Of a DNA stretch of 64,000 nucleotides, positions 13,186 to 26,823 are shown piece by piece; within the stretch, counting starts at the first letter, position 1; the number at the start of each line of letters is the position of its first letter. Location of the stretch: positions 806,001 to 870,000 of the forward strand of contig OZ025789.1 of the NCBI GenBank assembly GCA_964019425.1. Reading direction: 5' to 3'. Under the pieces are notes generated by a model, which worked only from the letters and a program-made list of their open reading frames with translations, was not told the DNA's origin and did not search any database. The translations under genes and the position numbers were made by a program. Source of the DNA: Flectonema sp. DT1601. Its lineage: Eukaryota.

Positions 13186-13822
13186 AAATATCTGCTCCGC
13201 CAACGTATGATATACTGAAAGGGGGGTTGAAATAATTTGAGTTACTTTAACGAATCTTGTCTTTTTACTATCATTTTATGTGTTTAAACTGACTTTTAAG
13301 GAAGAGTCTTTTATTAATTTTTTTTTTTTTTTTTTACTATTTTTATTTCAAGAGCCTATCGGAGGCACTTTTTCGATATAATTTTTTTCCGAGGGACCGT
13401 ACTGCTCGAAAAGTAAGAAACAGAAGAACGAATAAATTTCGACAAAAAATATCATCAAAGCAAAGAACTTACTGTGATGCAGTTAGTTCCACAAAACCTA
13501 AAATAATACAACAAGACTCTCGGTGTTGGTTCCATTTTTTTTTTTTTTTTTTTTTTTTTTGCTTCTTCTTTAATAAATATTTTCAATTTTTTTTTTTTTT
13601 TTTTTTTTTTCCCCCTCCACTACCTACCCTATTCCTCTCTCTCTTCGGGATAATCAAAACGTTAATTGAGTCATACGGTAAAAACAACTCCGACAAGAAT
13701 TTCATTTAAAAAAAAATCGTAAATTTTCATAACTTAGGAACACATGAAGAGAGTAACTGCTTATCATTGCCACAATATGTGGTGGAGTATCTTCAGATCA
13801 CTGGTTTGTATTATCGTAGACT

Positions 13823-16597
13823 CTATTCTCCACCAACCAACTCTAGAGTCCATTCTTCAGAAACAGATAGCGACAGTCCTTTTATTAAATGAGCTCCATT
13901 CTCAAGTGTCTCAACAGTTAATTTATTTGAGAAAGTTTTTGACCATCCAAACAGTACTATCGACTCGATGGAACTGCTGTCTGGTTTGTATGGAACATCA
14001 CTTGGTGGGATCTCAGCATATTGAGACTTCTCTTCTTGACTATGTGCGCAAACCAGTCTCAGTTTATCATCTTCCAGTATAAACATTTTGTAGTTATAAT
14101 ACCCTTCTTTGTATCTCACAGTCTCCTCATCGTCTAAAAAGATCTTACCGTTAGCATAGTTTGAATTTGGGTTTACAGCAATCTGTGAGTTTGTTATTGT
14201 TATATATTATTGTTAAGTTTTGGTGAGTATAAAAGTAAACAAACAAACCTTTAATTGGTAAGGTAACTTTCTTAGAGGACCTGTTGACGTTGCGGTCTCA
14301 ACATTCATTTTTGTTGGAACAATTGATCCTGCCAACTGAAACAGTGGAGACGTATCAAGCTTAACATTTATGATGTGTTTCTCTCCAGCTTTGAAGGACT
14401 CTCCGGTTTCGAAGTCGAACCATGGCTGTGATATATTTGATTGGTTTAAAGTTTTTTAATGGAAGAGAGTGACTTCAAGACCACAAAAAGTACATACCAC
14501 ACTCCCAGGTAACACTACCTCATGGGTGTCAATGTTATCTTTTACAATAGGTGAGAACAATAGAGAGTCACCAACCATGAATGCATCGATACGAGTCGGG
14601 TCTTCGTCTTCGTACATTAGAAACAGAGGTCTCCATATTGGAAGTCCCTCAACAGAGGAATTGAAGAATTGAGTGTAAAGGTACGGAATAAGTGAATACC
14701 TTCTGTACAATGAATTCTGAATGATTTCTTCATAAGGTGTGTGCATCAAGTAAGGTTCTCTACGAGTTGTTGTTATTTCTGAATGAGAACGAAAGAATGG
14801 ATAAAGACAACCGATTTGATACCATCGGCTGAACAGTTTCGGAGTTGGGTTGTCGAAGAATCCTCCAACGTCAGCACCGATAAAAGGAATTCCTCCCATT
14901 CCCATTCCAATAATCATATGAACAGATGCGGCAAGATGACTCCACTTCGCTTGATTATCACCTGTCCATATCGCAGCATATCTTTGAGTTCCAGCAAAGA
15001 AAGATCTTGAAAGAATAAATGGTCTTTTCTGATCTGAGTCCTTAACACTTTTATCTCTTTTTAAGAGTCCATCATAAACAGACATCGCTTGTAGATGTCC
15101 ATAAATATTATGGACTTGATCGTGTCTGACTCCACCAACATGACTGGCTTCATCATGCATTGTTATTCTTGGTCCACTAAATACACTTGGTTCGTTCATG
15201 TCTATCCAGGTGTAAGTGTTTTCTGTTGATCCTTTGTAGTTATCAAAATGAAATAATTGAGAATACCAATCTCTCGCTTCAGGGTTTAAGAAATCTACCC
15301 AACTGCTACTACCAGGCCAGCAGTGACCATCGTAGTCTGCTTTTGATCCAGACTTCTTTACAAAGAAGTTTTTCGAGTGAGCTTCCTTAAATACAAAGTA
15401 ATCAGGTGATCTACTAATGTGGGGATCAGAAATAGTAACTAATTTACGAGAATGTGAATCTCTAAGTTTGTGTTGCATCTCAACAGGGTCAGGAAACTTA
15501 TTGTGATCCCAAGTAAAATAGTGTTTTCTATCAGCGTGTTCAATATCTAACCAAATAGCGTCACACGGCATTTTATGTTCTTCAAGCTTAGAGCTGACGG
15601 TTAGTACATCTGACTGGTCGTTGTAATTCCATCTACACTGATGGTATCCAATTGAGAATATCGGAGGTAGGAATGGTTTTCCAGTCACAAAAGAGTGTTG
15701 TCTTAATACATCTGCCTGTGCATTTACACCACCTGGATAAACGATAAACTGCCTACAGTTTTTAATACTTTCCCAGGTTGAGGTTGTTCCTGAAATCTTT
15801 ACATTAGTACGAGATGGATTTAAGTATAAGAATCCACTTTTTTGGGAAATCACGATCGGGACGACGCCGTACAAAGGAGCATTTGAATCGAGTTTGTAGT
15901 GATTCACATCTAAGTTCATTAATTCGTAGGTACCATCTGTTAGAACTATTCCCGAAGTTCTTTCTGGGAGACCAGTTAGGTACTTTGTGTTCAGGTGCTG
16001 AACAACAACTGACTTCCCTTTGCTATCAAACTTCACATTAGTATTGTGGTTAGGAAGAGATATCGTAACGCTCTCACCCTCTTCTGAGATCACAACGTCT
16101 TGTTGAAATATCTTTTCCGAAACATCTGCTTCCTCAGCAACAACAATTTCAGACCATCTCGAACATTCAGCACTGTTCGCATTCTCGACATCTGTTTCTG
16201 GTTGTATTTGAATATGGTAAATACCTCCCTTGTAGTGAATAATAGTCAGACGATTTTTTGACGTATTGTGTTTCCACGTTGACTTAGATGTGGAAGTATC
16301 TTGTTCTGTTTTGACGTGTGAAGTAGAGTCCTTGTTGTCGGTAGTTGATAATTCTATTTTTGGTTTAATATGTTCCTCCTCTGTTTTTACTTTATGAGAT
16401 TGAGAAGGAAGCTTGACACTCTTATCATCATTATCGTCGTCGTCATGTTGCCCAGCTATCGTACCGTGCATGTCTACAGCGTGGTTGTTTCCTCCAGGGA
16501 GCTCAGACAGCTTGTTGTGCATTGCAAAAAATCCAATTAAAAACACGGCCAAGGCAAGCAGCATTCGCGTGTACAGAGTTTTCATGTTTATTTTCAT
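13823..16597 (-). CDS. GH31 alpha-glucosidase, glucosidase II alpha-like; exons 16597-14498, 14425-14249, 14182-13823
   Basis: GYHQCRWNY, DAIWLDIEH, catalytic WIDMNEPSVF, WTGDN, GADVGGFF; two phase-0 GT-AG introns complete the C-terminal domains. Confidence 0.9.
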
Positions 16598-16738
16598 ATT
16601 GCTTTTAGAAAATACCTCCCCTAACCACCCCCCTAACGGCAATCTGTGTAGAAATAAAAATTGACTTTTTTAAAAAAACACCTCTAACAGTTGAAGAAAA
16701 CGAAATGTCTATAATCAAAAACTATGCCATTGTTAGTG

Positions 16739-17392
16739 TTATTTCTGTTCTTCTTTTTGAGATTCTTCCATCTGACTCATCTGCGTGTTTATTTGAGATA
16801 TTAGTTTCGGGATTACTTGTGGACAAACTGATACAGTTACTGTTACTGAAGAAAGGTTTTCAACATCAATCGTTCCATCAAAAGCAGCAGTGTCTGCCTC
16901 ACAACTAACGCGTAAAATCTCAAACGACTCGGAGATTATACTTTCCGGGTTCTGTTGAAGTGGTGTGTAGAACGATGACGTCCTTTGTATCTTTCCTCCT
17001 TTGTCATCCTGAAGAGTAACATCAGCTTGAATAGGTATCGGATGACCTCTTGTGAGTCTAGTTAATATGTATATACGATAGGTACCTCCAGTAATACTGT
17101 TTGTTACTTCATCTACAGAAGGTTCTCGAACTAACTTAAAATCCAACGTCCATTTATGACCACAGGCATCAAATACATTGTCACCTAAATTACTAAACTC
17201 CCAAGTGTGAGATCCTCCTTCCCACGCATCTTGCATCACTAAATGAAAATGACCAGCTGCTGTGCGCATCTCCGCGGGAGACAATGAACTCAGCTCTGGA
17301 AACAGAGAACGATAAGGATCTTCAGAACAGTTCCTCCGCGAGATTGCCACAGCTCCTGCCTTGGAGACATTAAAGGCGGCTCTTCGTAACAT
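16739..17392 (-). CDS. Hypothetical protein with predicted mitochondrial presequence, possible MATH-like beta sandwich
   Basis: 217-aa ORF beginning MLRRAAFNVSK...SRRNCS; HTWEFSNL...GHKWTLDF resembles MATH strands; TTACTGCAG acceptor at 17404-17406. Confidence 0.7.
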   Translation of the reverse strand: MLRRAAFNVSKAGAVAISRRNCSEDPYRSLFPELSSLSPAEMRTAAGHFHLVMQDAWEGGSHTWEFSNLGDNVFDACGHKWTLDFKLVREPSVDEVTNSITGGTYRIYILTRLTRGHPIPIQADVTLQDDKGGKIQRTSSFYTPLQQNPESIISESFEILRVSCEADTAAFDGTIDVENLSSVTVTVSVCPQVIPKLISQINTQMSQMEESQKEEQK

Positions 17393-20300
17393 ATTTTTTG
17401 TATCTGCAGTAAGAACTAAAGTTAAATGAATGATTCAGGTAAAAATATTGATCGCAGATAATCTGTGGATCTTACGCAATTTCTCTACATTTTTCTTGTC
17501 TTAGAAGTACATGATTCGCCTCATAAAACATTTTTCTGCTTCTGTCTCTGTTGATTAAGTGATGCGTGAAGTCGACAAGGAACAGAAGGATATGCTAATA
17601 ATATTATAAAATAAAATTTAAAAAAAAAAAAAAAAATGACGTCAAAAAAAAAACAAAAAACAAAAAAAAAGAGAGAAAAATTTTAAAAAAAGCAAATGTT
17701 AATATCAAATATTTAACATATTTAAATTTGTGTTTCGAAATAGAATCGCGTGTCCCGTGTGATCCCTCAAGGGTGATACCACAGGACACACTATCCTGAT
17801 GCGTACACATGTAAGATGAGCTAGTAAAGAAGATTTTCATGAGTCAAAGTGTTTGAAAACGCTTGACCTTTCGCAACGTTTATAATCTTATATATATATT
17901 TTTATTTTTTCATTTTTTTTCATTTTTTTTTTTTTCATAAAATATAAAGATTGGAGGGTTTTCTTGCAACAAAAATGAGAAGGGGAGCGGAACAAACTAA
18001 CAACATAAAAAAAAACAAAGAATTCAGACAGTTGTAAAGCAAGAGATCTATCCACAATTATTCCGTGGGGAGGTTAGGTGAACCCCACTAAAAGAGTAGT
18101 AGAAGCAGACTAAGATTACATACATTCATTTCAAGAATGATAGTACAACTGCACTCCCGCTAATCATCCAATCCGAGTCTTTTTTTTTTTTTTTTTTTTT
18201 TCTGCTACTTGTAACATTATAAAATGGAAAACTCAAGTATAGACTTTTTTTTTTTTTGAGATTTTGTTATGGGGCAAAACGAAATTAAATTTAAAAAAAA
18301 AAAAATGTACAAAATATCAAAGGTGATAATGTACGCAATAGAGCAACAGATTTTATTTTATTTTTCTCTTTTTTTTTTATTTAGAAAATTAAATGAACGA
18401 AAAAATTCGTATCGCTGGCAGCTTTTTTAAACTTGTATCGTTTTACCCAACGAAAGAGAATTTGAGAACACAATTTTATATATTCATAAAACTGATTTTT
18501 TTTTTTTTTGGCAAGTAACAATTATTATTATTTTAAAGAAATCGAATATTAAGAGGTACAATGTATATTACAACCTAGGAGGTTGTTAGGCAATTTTTTT
18601 TTTTCTTTTCAATCATCAAAGACACGTTACGTTACGAAAAAAAGGGTTTTTTTTTTTTTTTTTTTTTTTTTTTCCTCATCTTCTTCTTCCACGACTACAA
18701 AGCGCGAAAGACTGAGAAAGTTTTCTTATCAGAAGTAACTGACCCCTTTATTTTTTTTATATTTGGTAGAGGGAAAATGTTGGCTTTTTTTTTTTTTTTT
18801 AAGTTGATAAGCAAATACAACAACCAACCAAAAATTTAATGAGGCTGAGTGAAATGAGACTACAGTAAATTATTATATAAAAATAAAATAAAAGTAATTC
18901 CCATTATTGAATAAACATAAAGTAGAAACAATTCAAAAAAAAAAAAAGAAACGACTACACATTCCAAACGTTTTACTTGAAAGTGTGTTGAGGGAGAAGT
19001 CCCCGCTATTTTCTTTTTTTTTTTGAGGAAGAGGAGATAAAACGAAAGGAAATTGAGCTTTTTATTTTCTGACTAATAGTACTTCTTTTTGCGACCAACA
19101 AGAAGTACTAAGATTTGAAAAAAAAGAGACTTCGTGCTCTAGAAAATTAAGGCAATTCCTTACTCGCAGAAAAAGAGAGGAAAAAAAAAAAGAAAATAGT
19201 ACAGCATTGACCTTGTATTGTAGAGCGTTGGTTTCCATTTCTTTTTTTTATGTATTTTTTTTTTCTCATTTCTTGCACTTGCATATTCAAAGTAAATTAA
19301 CTATGTCAATACAAGAATGAAAAAAAAAAAAGAAAAAAGAAAAGGGGATGGGGGAAGGCTCAGTGTAAGCAATCAACACCTACAATTACAGGCAGCTAAC
19401 ATTTTGTAAAAACATAAGAAATTAATTGAGTAAAAAGAACATAATGTAGATATGGTAATTCATTTTTTTTTTCTTCTAATGATGATGAAATTAGTTACAG
19501 AAAGAAAATGAATTTGTTAAAATAAAAATAGTTTTCACTAAACAAAAAAATATAAAAGCAAACCGCATTGGCCTGCTGTTCTATGATAAGTTAGTTAGGC
19601 TATCTTTTTTTTAACTGCAACGTTGCGCGAAGACTCACAGCAACAGAGGATTCAAATTTCGTAACCGTTTTGAAGACTGCAATTAGCTTCAGCCGAAGGG
19701 ATGTACAATATAGAAAGATTTTAGGACAATATATCTCCAGCTTTTTTTTTTCCACTATTTTTTTTCGCTATCTTCACAAACTATTTTAAGAAGAATAATA
19801 AAAACGATACCAACGAAAATGTATTGATTTGAATCATGTATGAATATAAACAATAAAAAAAATATATAAAAAAAAAAAAGATTCGTCTCGTTGAGGGAAG
19901 GAAAAAAAATATTTTCATTTTTGTTGCAAGAATAGGGAGAGAATATTAATTGTTTTTGAAGGGGGTAGTTTTTCATATTACTTAATAATTGAAATGTAAA
20001 AGGAAAAAACAAATGTTATGGGAGAGAAAAAGGGAACAACGATTTATAGTGAAATAAATATACCTCTATAATCCTGGCACTCTCCTTTATGAAATATAAA
20101 CCTCTCCATGCTTACCTTTGCTGTAAGACTGCTAATGCTGCCAAGAACTCCGAAAACAGCTAAAAAATCAATTTTTTTTTATTCTAGTCCGTGGCTTATC
20201 GTAACAATTGTCGATGCCTCAGTTACGCTTTATAACATAAGATTTTATGCTCAGATTCAGGACAGTCGATCAAAACGCAGATAATACATTGCAAGGTAAA

Positions 20301-21386
20301 CGAGGGGTTTAGGTAGCCCACATCAGTTAGGTTTGTGATCAAAATATCAAACGAGGCGTATTATGCATTCAGTTCATTTTTTTTTTTTTTTCTTCATTTT
20401 TTTTTTTTTGCAAGGGTAGTGAAAAACACCTGATAACACACTAACACGCGCGTAAAGTGTTCACTCACACCGGAGAGTAATTATTGATATTTTTTTTTTT
20501 TTCTTAAAAGGGAGACAGAATATGACAAGTCAGAGTCACGATAATGAAAACCTCGAAGATAGAGATAAATAAGGAAGTCTATTTACATGGCGTATTGTTG
20601 TGTGCATCACATAGGCAATAACAACGTAAGCAGACCTTATCTTGTTAGGATTGCCATGCTATAGCTTAGGACAAAGCATCCCGATAGCATTCCCCCTTTG
20701 GCTGACTGACAGAACAGGAATTCTTCCAGATTCTTAGAAAGTCAAGTAGGTTCTATTTTTTTTTATTTTTTCTTCTTCTTTCTTTCCTTCCTTCCTACTT
20801 TGTCTTTCACTAATACAACAAAAATCTCAGGTAGTGAATGGAGGACAAATAGGAAAATAATAATAATTTACTATGTTTCTAAAGAAGAAAGAGATAAATC
20901 ACGAAATCGTATGAATAATTCTCTTTCGTTCTCTCCTCACAGATAGAAGTACACCAGAACTAGATGTTGATTGAGATGTTGTATCTCATTAAAGGTTACT
21001 AAGGAAGGGGAAAAAAAAAAAAAAAAGGAGAAAAAAAAACATATATTTAGCAGGGGGTTTTTTAGTCAGCTAGTCTAACAAGTCACCGAACATTATAGGG
21101 ATGTACTTTATTATTTTTTTTTTCGTTTTCGTTCTGTTTTTCAAGGAATTCCTTGTTTTTTTTTTTTAAAAAAAAAAAAAAAAGAAAACAACAAAAATAG
21201 AAAAGATATATAGCACAATAACCATTTGACATTTGCTAGATAGGTCAAACCTAGTTGCCAAAAAAAAAAAAAAAATACCACAGCCCTAAACCACGCTGTC
21301 GAATGTGGAGGGGCAGTGATTATTTTTTTGACAATGTAAAAGAAAACCAGCAAATAAAATCTTAGTAACACCCGCTACGAAGGAGG

Positions 21387-22205
21387 TCACTTAGATATAA
21401 ATTTCTGTCCAACAAATTCGCGGTTATTAATTTCAGAGTAAGGGTTGTTATAATAAAATGGTCCTTTAATCTCCTTAAAAGGAAATTGATCAAAGATCCT
21501 TACAGAAGGATTCCTATTCTGTTGTTCCCAGCTTGCTAATATAAACTCATTGGAAGTAACTACTTCAATCGGTGGTAGGAAAGTTTTAAGAGTCTCGAAG
21601 CTCAGCACTGCCAGTTGTGAAGGGATTTCACTAACCTTTTCCCATCCGTTGTAGATTTCCCAAACAGCAATACAACGGTTGAAATCAAGAAAGATTCCTG
21701 ATAAGCTGTAGTAAAACATTTTGACAATGCATGCTCCTTGCATGTTAGTCCAACTTGCGTTGTCAGTTGTCTTAATTTCAACCTCAGCCAAGAGTTTTCT
21801 AAGTGGAGCCGGAACATTTTGTTTCATAATTCCAAAAGTAACCAACCTATACAATAACGTCATGGCCCTGTAAGTGTGATTATTATTATCCTGATTTCCT
21901 CTGCAGATTCTCAAAATAATTTCATATCCTTCCTCCCATGTCGAACACCTCAATTGGAATGTCTTACTGACTTCGACTCTAAACTCATGAACCCATCCAT
22001 GAATAACACTCTTACTAGGATTTAGTGGTAATGTCGTCAACTGTCTGCATACGTATTGCTTTACAACTTCAATTGGTGGACAATTTGGAATAATCTTAGA
22101 AAACAAGTCCTTTATTCCATTAACAATCGACTTAGTCTTCGTGTCTCCAATTTCAGGATGTGTTCTCTCGACTATTGAAGTGATTTCTACACAAAGATAC
22201 TGCAT
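21387..22205 (-). CDS. Orphan hypothetical protein (~272 aa)
   Basis: Long stop-free ORF in AT-rich DNA. Start moved to the ATG at 22205 because the upstream part of the track ORF is poly-T/A and transposon end. No motif recognised. Confidence 0.55.
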   Translation of the reverse strand: MQYLCVEITSIVERTHPEIGDTKTKSIVNGIKDLFSKIIPNCPPIEVVKQYVCRQLTTLPLNPSKSVIHGWVHEFRVEVSKTFQLRCSTWEEGYEIILRICRGNQDNNNHTYRAMTLLYRLVTFGIMKQNVPAPLRKLLAEVEIKTTDNASWTNMQGACIVKMFYYSLSGIFLDFNRCIAVWEIYNGWEKVSEIPSQLAVLSFETLKTFLPPIEVVTSNEFILASWEQQNRNPSVRIFDQFPFKEIKGPFYYNNPYSEINNREFVGQKFISK

Positions 22206-22284
22206 ATCGTTGAGAATTTTTTTTTTTTTTTTAAAAAAAAAGTAAGCAAAAAAGAAGAGAGATCTCTGTGAAGGGAACATATTA

Positions 22285-24040
22285 CCGTAATTATAAATAT
22301 CATGGTGTATAAAAAGTCTCCAAATCAGCAAAAAATGGCCAAATCCACCATCTTTATTATATCCAAAGTTTTTTTAGTACAATCATTCACAGAAAACACT
22401 TAGCAAAATTCGGATTCCAGAAAAAAAAAAATTTTTTTTTTGACCTTTTTCTTTTGACTTCGGTACTAAATTATCGACATTTTGAACTGGTTAAAGTTCT
22501 ACAGGCTGGTCTTGTGTACCAACCTGGTGGGGGATTGATAACTAATGTTGAAGTTGCTTCCAGATACATATCAGGACAACATATCCACAAATAACGTTGT
22601 TGGTAGCTGGTTGCACACCAGTCTTAATGAATGATGTCAAAATTCCTAAAAGCAGCAAGTAGTAGTCTAGACGAGGCCAACTACAACTAAGGAGTTCTTC
22701 TCCAATCGTTGTAATACACCGAGGTATGAGGTGCGGTATTAAGAAACATGAACTCATGTTCACAACTACAGACTTCAGGAGCTCGGGTGGATTTGCAGGA
22801 TTGACAATACCTACTTTTATAAAACCAGCCATGATAGTATTTTTCGTAATACTATCAAGGGCTGTCACTATCCACCCAATTTGCGACTTCGTTTTTGTGA
22901 GCTCCTTCATCCATTTTGACATGGGTTCGGATTCAGGAGCTCCCTTTGGACCCTTCCCTTTCGCAGCGCGCTTTAAAGTTTCTATCAGCTTTTTGCTTTG
23001 ATTTTTTCAACTTTTCCTCCCGCTTGCGCATCTGCTCTGTCATCCACTCACCAAGAAAGCTTGATGCTTCTTTGAAGTTGGCCATGACAGTTAGATCCAG
23101 CGGCCGGAGATGAGAAGTCCATCCGCCTTGCACCAGTATAACCGTGGTATTGGCTTCTTCAAATCGACGAAGGACTTCTTCAGTTATCTGCCCCCTAAAC
23201 TGGGCATATACTGCGAGGCCAGGGTGATCCGATTGGAGTGTTTTTTAGTTAGTTTAGATCCGATTGGAGCGTTTCTTAATAAAGTATGGGATTATTGCTC
23301 CAGAAACCTTGACCGAGCTGATAGGAGTTCTGCTTCAGGCGCTACTTTCGCAGTGGTTCCAAGACGGTATCCAACCCTTCCGTTCCAGGAACTTGTAGGT
23401 CCATGTTGCTTGTAGGGAACCGGAATCCACGCGTTCCGGCGTATCACCTGTGCTTGAAACCAGAGAAGAGAAGCAAACACAGAGCCACCATAGGCACGGA
23501 TATTCTCAATTAAATCGAGCACCCGCTTCCTCATCAGCGGTTAAGATGGTTGGTCTCCCAGATTTCACCTGCCCTTCTAGTGGTTCTCCCTTTGTCTTCC
23601 TCTTTTGTTCTTCAACCAAGAGCTTCATTGCCCTGCCTGCACTGTTTTCTTATGGTCCGTGTTGAAGTATGCAATCGCCCTTGACACATTGGTGGCAGAG
23701 TTCACCATCTCACCAACGTTAAGCAACTCCCCCCTTGACCACTTCTCATAGCAGCGAGACGTTTGTGCTCTTTTACCCGCTCCTCTTTCTTTATCAAACC
23801 CAGCTCCACCTTGCTTACCGACGTCTTCAGGGGTTCAAAAGGATCCCGTTTTTTCAAAAAATTCCGCATAGTGTGAAAAATTTCATCCCCAAAAACTACT
23901 ATTTTACAGTCAAAATGTGTACTTTCATACTTTTTTTATAAAAATCCACCAAGTTTTTTTTCCGAGAATCCACCATCTTTTTTATATCCAAAGTTGTTAT
24001 ACTCCAAATTTTTTATACACCGTGATATTTATAATTACAG
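22285..24040 (-). mobile_element. Decayed pogo-like (Tc1/mariner superfamily) DNA transposon, 1756 bp
   Basis: 31-bp TIRs at 22285-22315 (CCGTAATTATAAATATCATGGTGTATAAAAA) and 24010-24040, 2 mismatches, TA on both sides. Broken transposase pieces GRPTILTADEE, VQGGWTSHLRPLDLTVMANFK and WIVTALDSITKNTIMAGFIKVGI. Confidence 0.88.
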
Positions 24041-24424
24041 TAATATAAAATAAAACGAATGCTCTCCAAAAGTATGAATTTATTTGTTGGTTTTTGTACA
24101 CTAACCGAAATCTATTTATTATTTACATGTGAGTGGTGTTTTTCTGGACAGCAATATAAAATAATGAATTTAATAACACATATCAAAAAGGTACGTAGCA
24201 ACCGATACTCTTTTAGAGTGAGCGAGGTTAATATAGACTTCGGCGACTATGACACTCTGACAACATAATAAAGATCAGTGTTGCGAAAACGACCGGTATC
24301 GTTTTTTTTTTTTTTTTTTTTTTTTGATTTTATGAAATTGAATAGAAAAAAAAAAGAATGGAAAAAAAAAAAAAAGGTCGCGCCAACAGAAATTATTTCA
24401 GTGGTGTGGCTGCGAAATGGGATT

Positions 24425-26823
24425 TCAATTCATTTCGACATCATCTGTGATATTATCCTTATCATTATCTTTAGAATTACTTTCGTCAATTACTGTAACA
24501 GGACACCCACAGGCTACTCTGATATCTCTCATCTCATTATCATCAGCGTACACATTCAAAGCGTGTCGAGTCTTTAAAGCAGATACAGCAAAGTGAGAAT
24601 CAGTGTTTGTTTTCAACAGTAAAATGCATCCTCCGACAGACAGACTTCCCGCTATCTCTTTTTCAGGAGAAGGACTCAGGTTGTTTATTGCAATACTCTT
24701 CGTTTTTCCCAACAATTTCTTAGTATCAGAATAATTATTTATTTTTATAATACGCTCAGTCATGTAAGGGAGTACGAGGTCGACTGCTTCGTGTGCGATT
24801 CTGAAAGCTGCAGCAGCTTTGACAGTTTCATCAGTTTTAGTCTTGTCTTGCATTCGATCTTTAACAAATAGTCGCAGTCCTCCACTTACGATCTTCCATT
24901 TTCGCTTTAACTGTTTTTATTTTTATAATTATTGATAAAAAGATGAAAGGTAAAGTAGAATATTAAACAGAGATATTCACATACCCCTTCAGCAGCACCA
25001 TTTACTATAATATCAGCAGCCCCTCTACTGCAATACAATAATTGGTTTGGAAGACCCGGATGAGGTTGGTAAATCGATCCATCTTTCTGAATTTGAAGAT
25101 GAAATCGACAAAGAACGTGATTCATTGGAAACTGGTGTCGAAACCCATAAAACTCCAACAACTGCTGATGCGTAGGAGGAGAAGCCACAGGTAAAGGCAC
25201 ATAACGAGCTATTTCGTGAGTGAGGTCACCGGTTGAGGCAATTCTAGATAGTTTTGCTTTAGCCTTTTCAGATTCGATACTGTTTTTAGCAGTTTCAATT
25301 GCCTGTTTGAGAGATGTAAGTTTCTTTTCACGAGCCAGTTCTTCGTAATCCTCATCTTCTTCACTGTCGTACATTAGTTTCTTTTCATCACCAGAAAGTT
25401 TTGGGATTTCTGCAACCTTTTCGAAGGTTGCTACAAAGAACCCACCAACGTTACCCTTATGAGGGAGTACTCTCATTGTCTTTTCAAGTCCAAGACTCTC
25501 TACATTCTCAGCCGGAAAGAAATATTTCTTCACGCTTGAGTGAACCTCGTCCGGGTTTTCTGGGTACTTCTCATGCATTTTCTTCGTCTCGGGGTCCATA
25601 ACGGACCATTTTTTAAGTCCCTTGAAGGAAGGTGTCTTGGGAAGAATTTTATGTAAATCTAACAAGTGAAGTGATCCTTTAGCAGCCAATAAAATGTGTT
25701 GGACAACGGCTTCATTTTCGATAGGAGACATAGAACAAGTAGAATAAACAAAACGACCTCCAACATCAAGCAGCTTTCCAGCGCGCATGGCTATTTGAAC
25801 TTGCATATCGTGTAGTTGAATTGAGTGCTTTGGACACCAACTTTTCCATTGGTGAGGTGCCTTTCGTAAGGTTCCATCTCCACCACACATAACATCGCAA
25901 AGAATTCGGTCAAACTTCTTTTTAGTACCTTCCGAGTCTGGAGGAAGTGATGGGAAATACCTCGCATCGTGACTACAGAATACTGCTAATGGATATAAGG
26001 GTTCTAAACGTTTAATCTGACTAACTAGAATATTTATTCTCTCTGTTGATAAATCATTTGCTACCACCACTCCTTCATCTTGAGAGTAGTCAATGCGACC
26101 TTTAAATACTTTTGTTCTGGTTGGTTCAGCTTCTTCAAAATCCTGAGTCTTTCCTATTCTACTAAAGTGATTTAAATTCTCAACTGATAACATACTTAGA
26201 AGTTGTGCAGTCTTTGAACCTGGAGCTGCACACATATCAAGACAACGATTACCACTAGAGACTTGAAGAGCGTAGGCTGGAATCATTGAACATTCTTCTT
26301 GTCTGTTTATTACACCTTTTGTAGTATAATGTATTAAATCTTTGTGTAAAGGTGAGAAGACGGGATCTTTGCGAAGAGTAGCACGTGGGATATCAATAAA
26401 CCAAGCCATTTCATTATCAACCCACGAGATTGGACTGATTTTAACTTGTTCTCCATTTTCAGTTGGTGGCATTGATTGTGCTTTGATGCAGTATTCGCGA
26501 AGTTTTTCTTTTACTTGTTCTGCTTCCCTGTGAGTCGGGGTTATCCAAAGTGTTGTTGGAAGTGGCTTCTTTAACGCCTCAATCATAGAAGCGTAACCTT
26601 CTTCACTAAGTAGACCTGTACCTACCAAGTTCGCTTTATAAAAAGTTTCAAACGCCTCATTTGGTTTTGCCTTGTCTCTAATATCATTTCTAGTTGGCAT
26701 TTCTCCCTTCATGTATGCCTGTTTCCGAGCGTCTCTTTTTTCTTTCTCGGAATCTTTCCTTTCTTTTTCAGCACTTGGTGACAACTTAGCTCGCTTTAAG
26801 GCATTTCGACTGATTTTAGTCAT
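24425..26823 (-). CDS. NSUN2: tRNA (cytosine-C5)-methyltransferase NSUN2/TRM4; exons 26823-24985, 24910-24425
   Basis: RQEECSMIP, LDMCAAPGSKTAQL, FDRILCDVMCGGDGTLRK, VYSTCSMSPIENEAVV; phase-0 intron adds WKIVSGGLRLF. Confidence 0.92.

Noticed and set aside
22206..22331. N-terminal extension of ORF 21387..22331
   Set aside because: It consists of transposon TIR and poly-T/A sequence and starts at a non-ATG codon.
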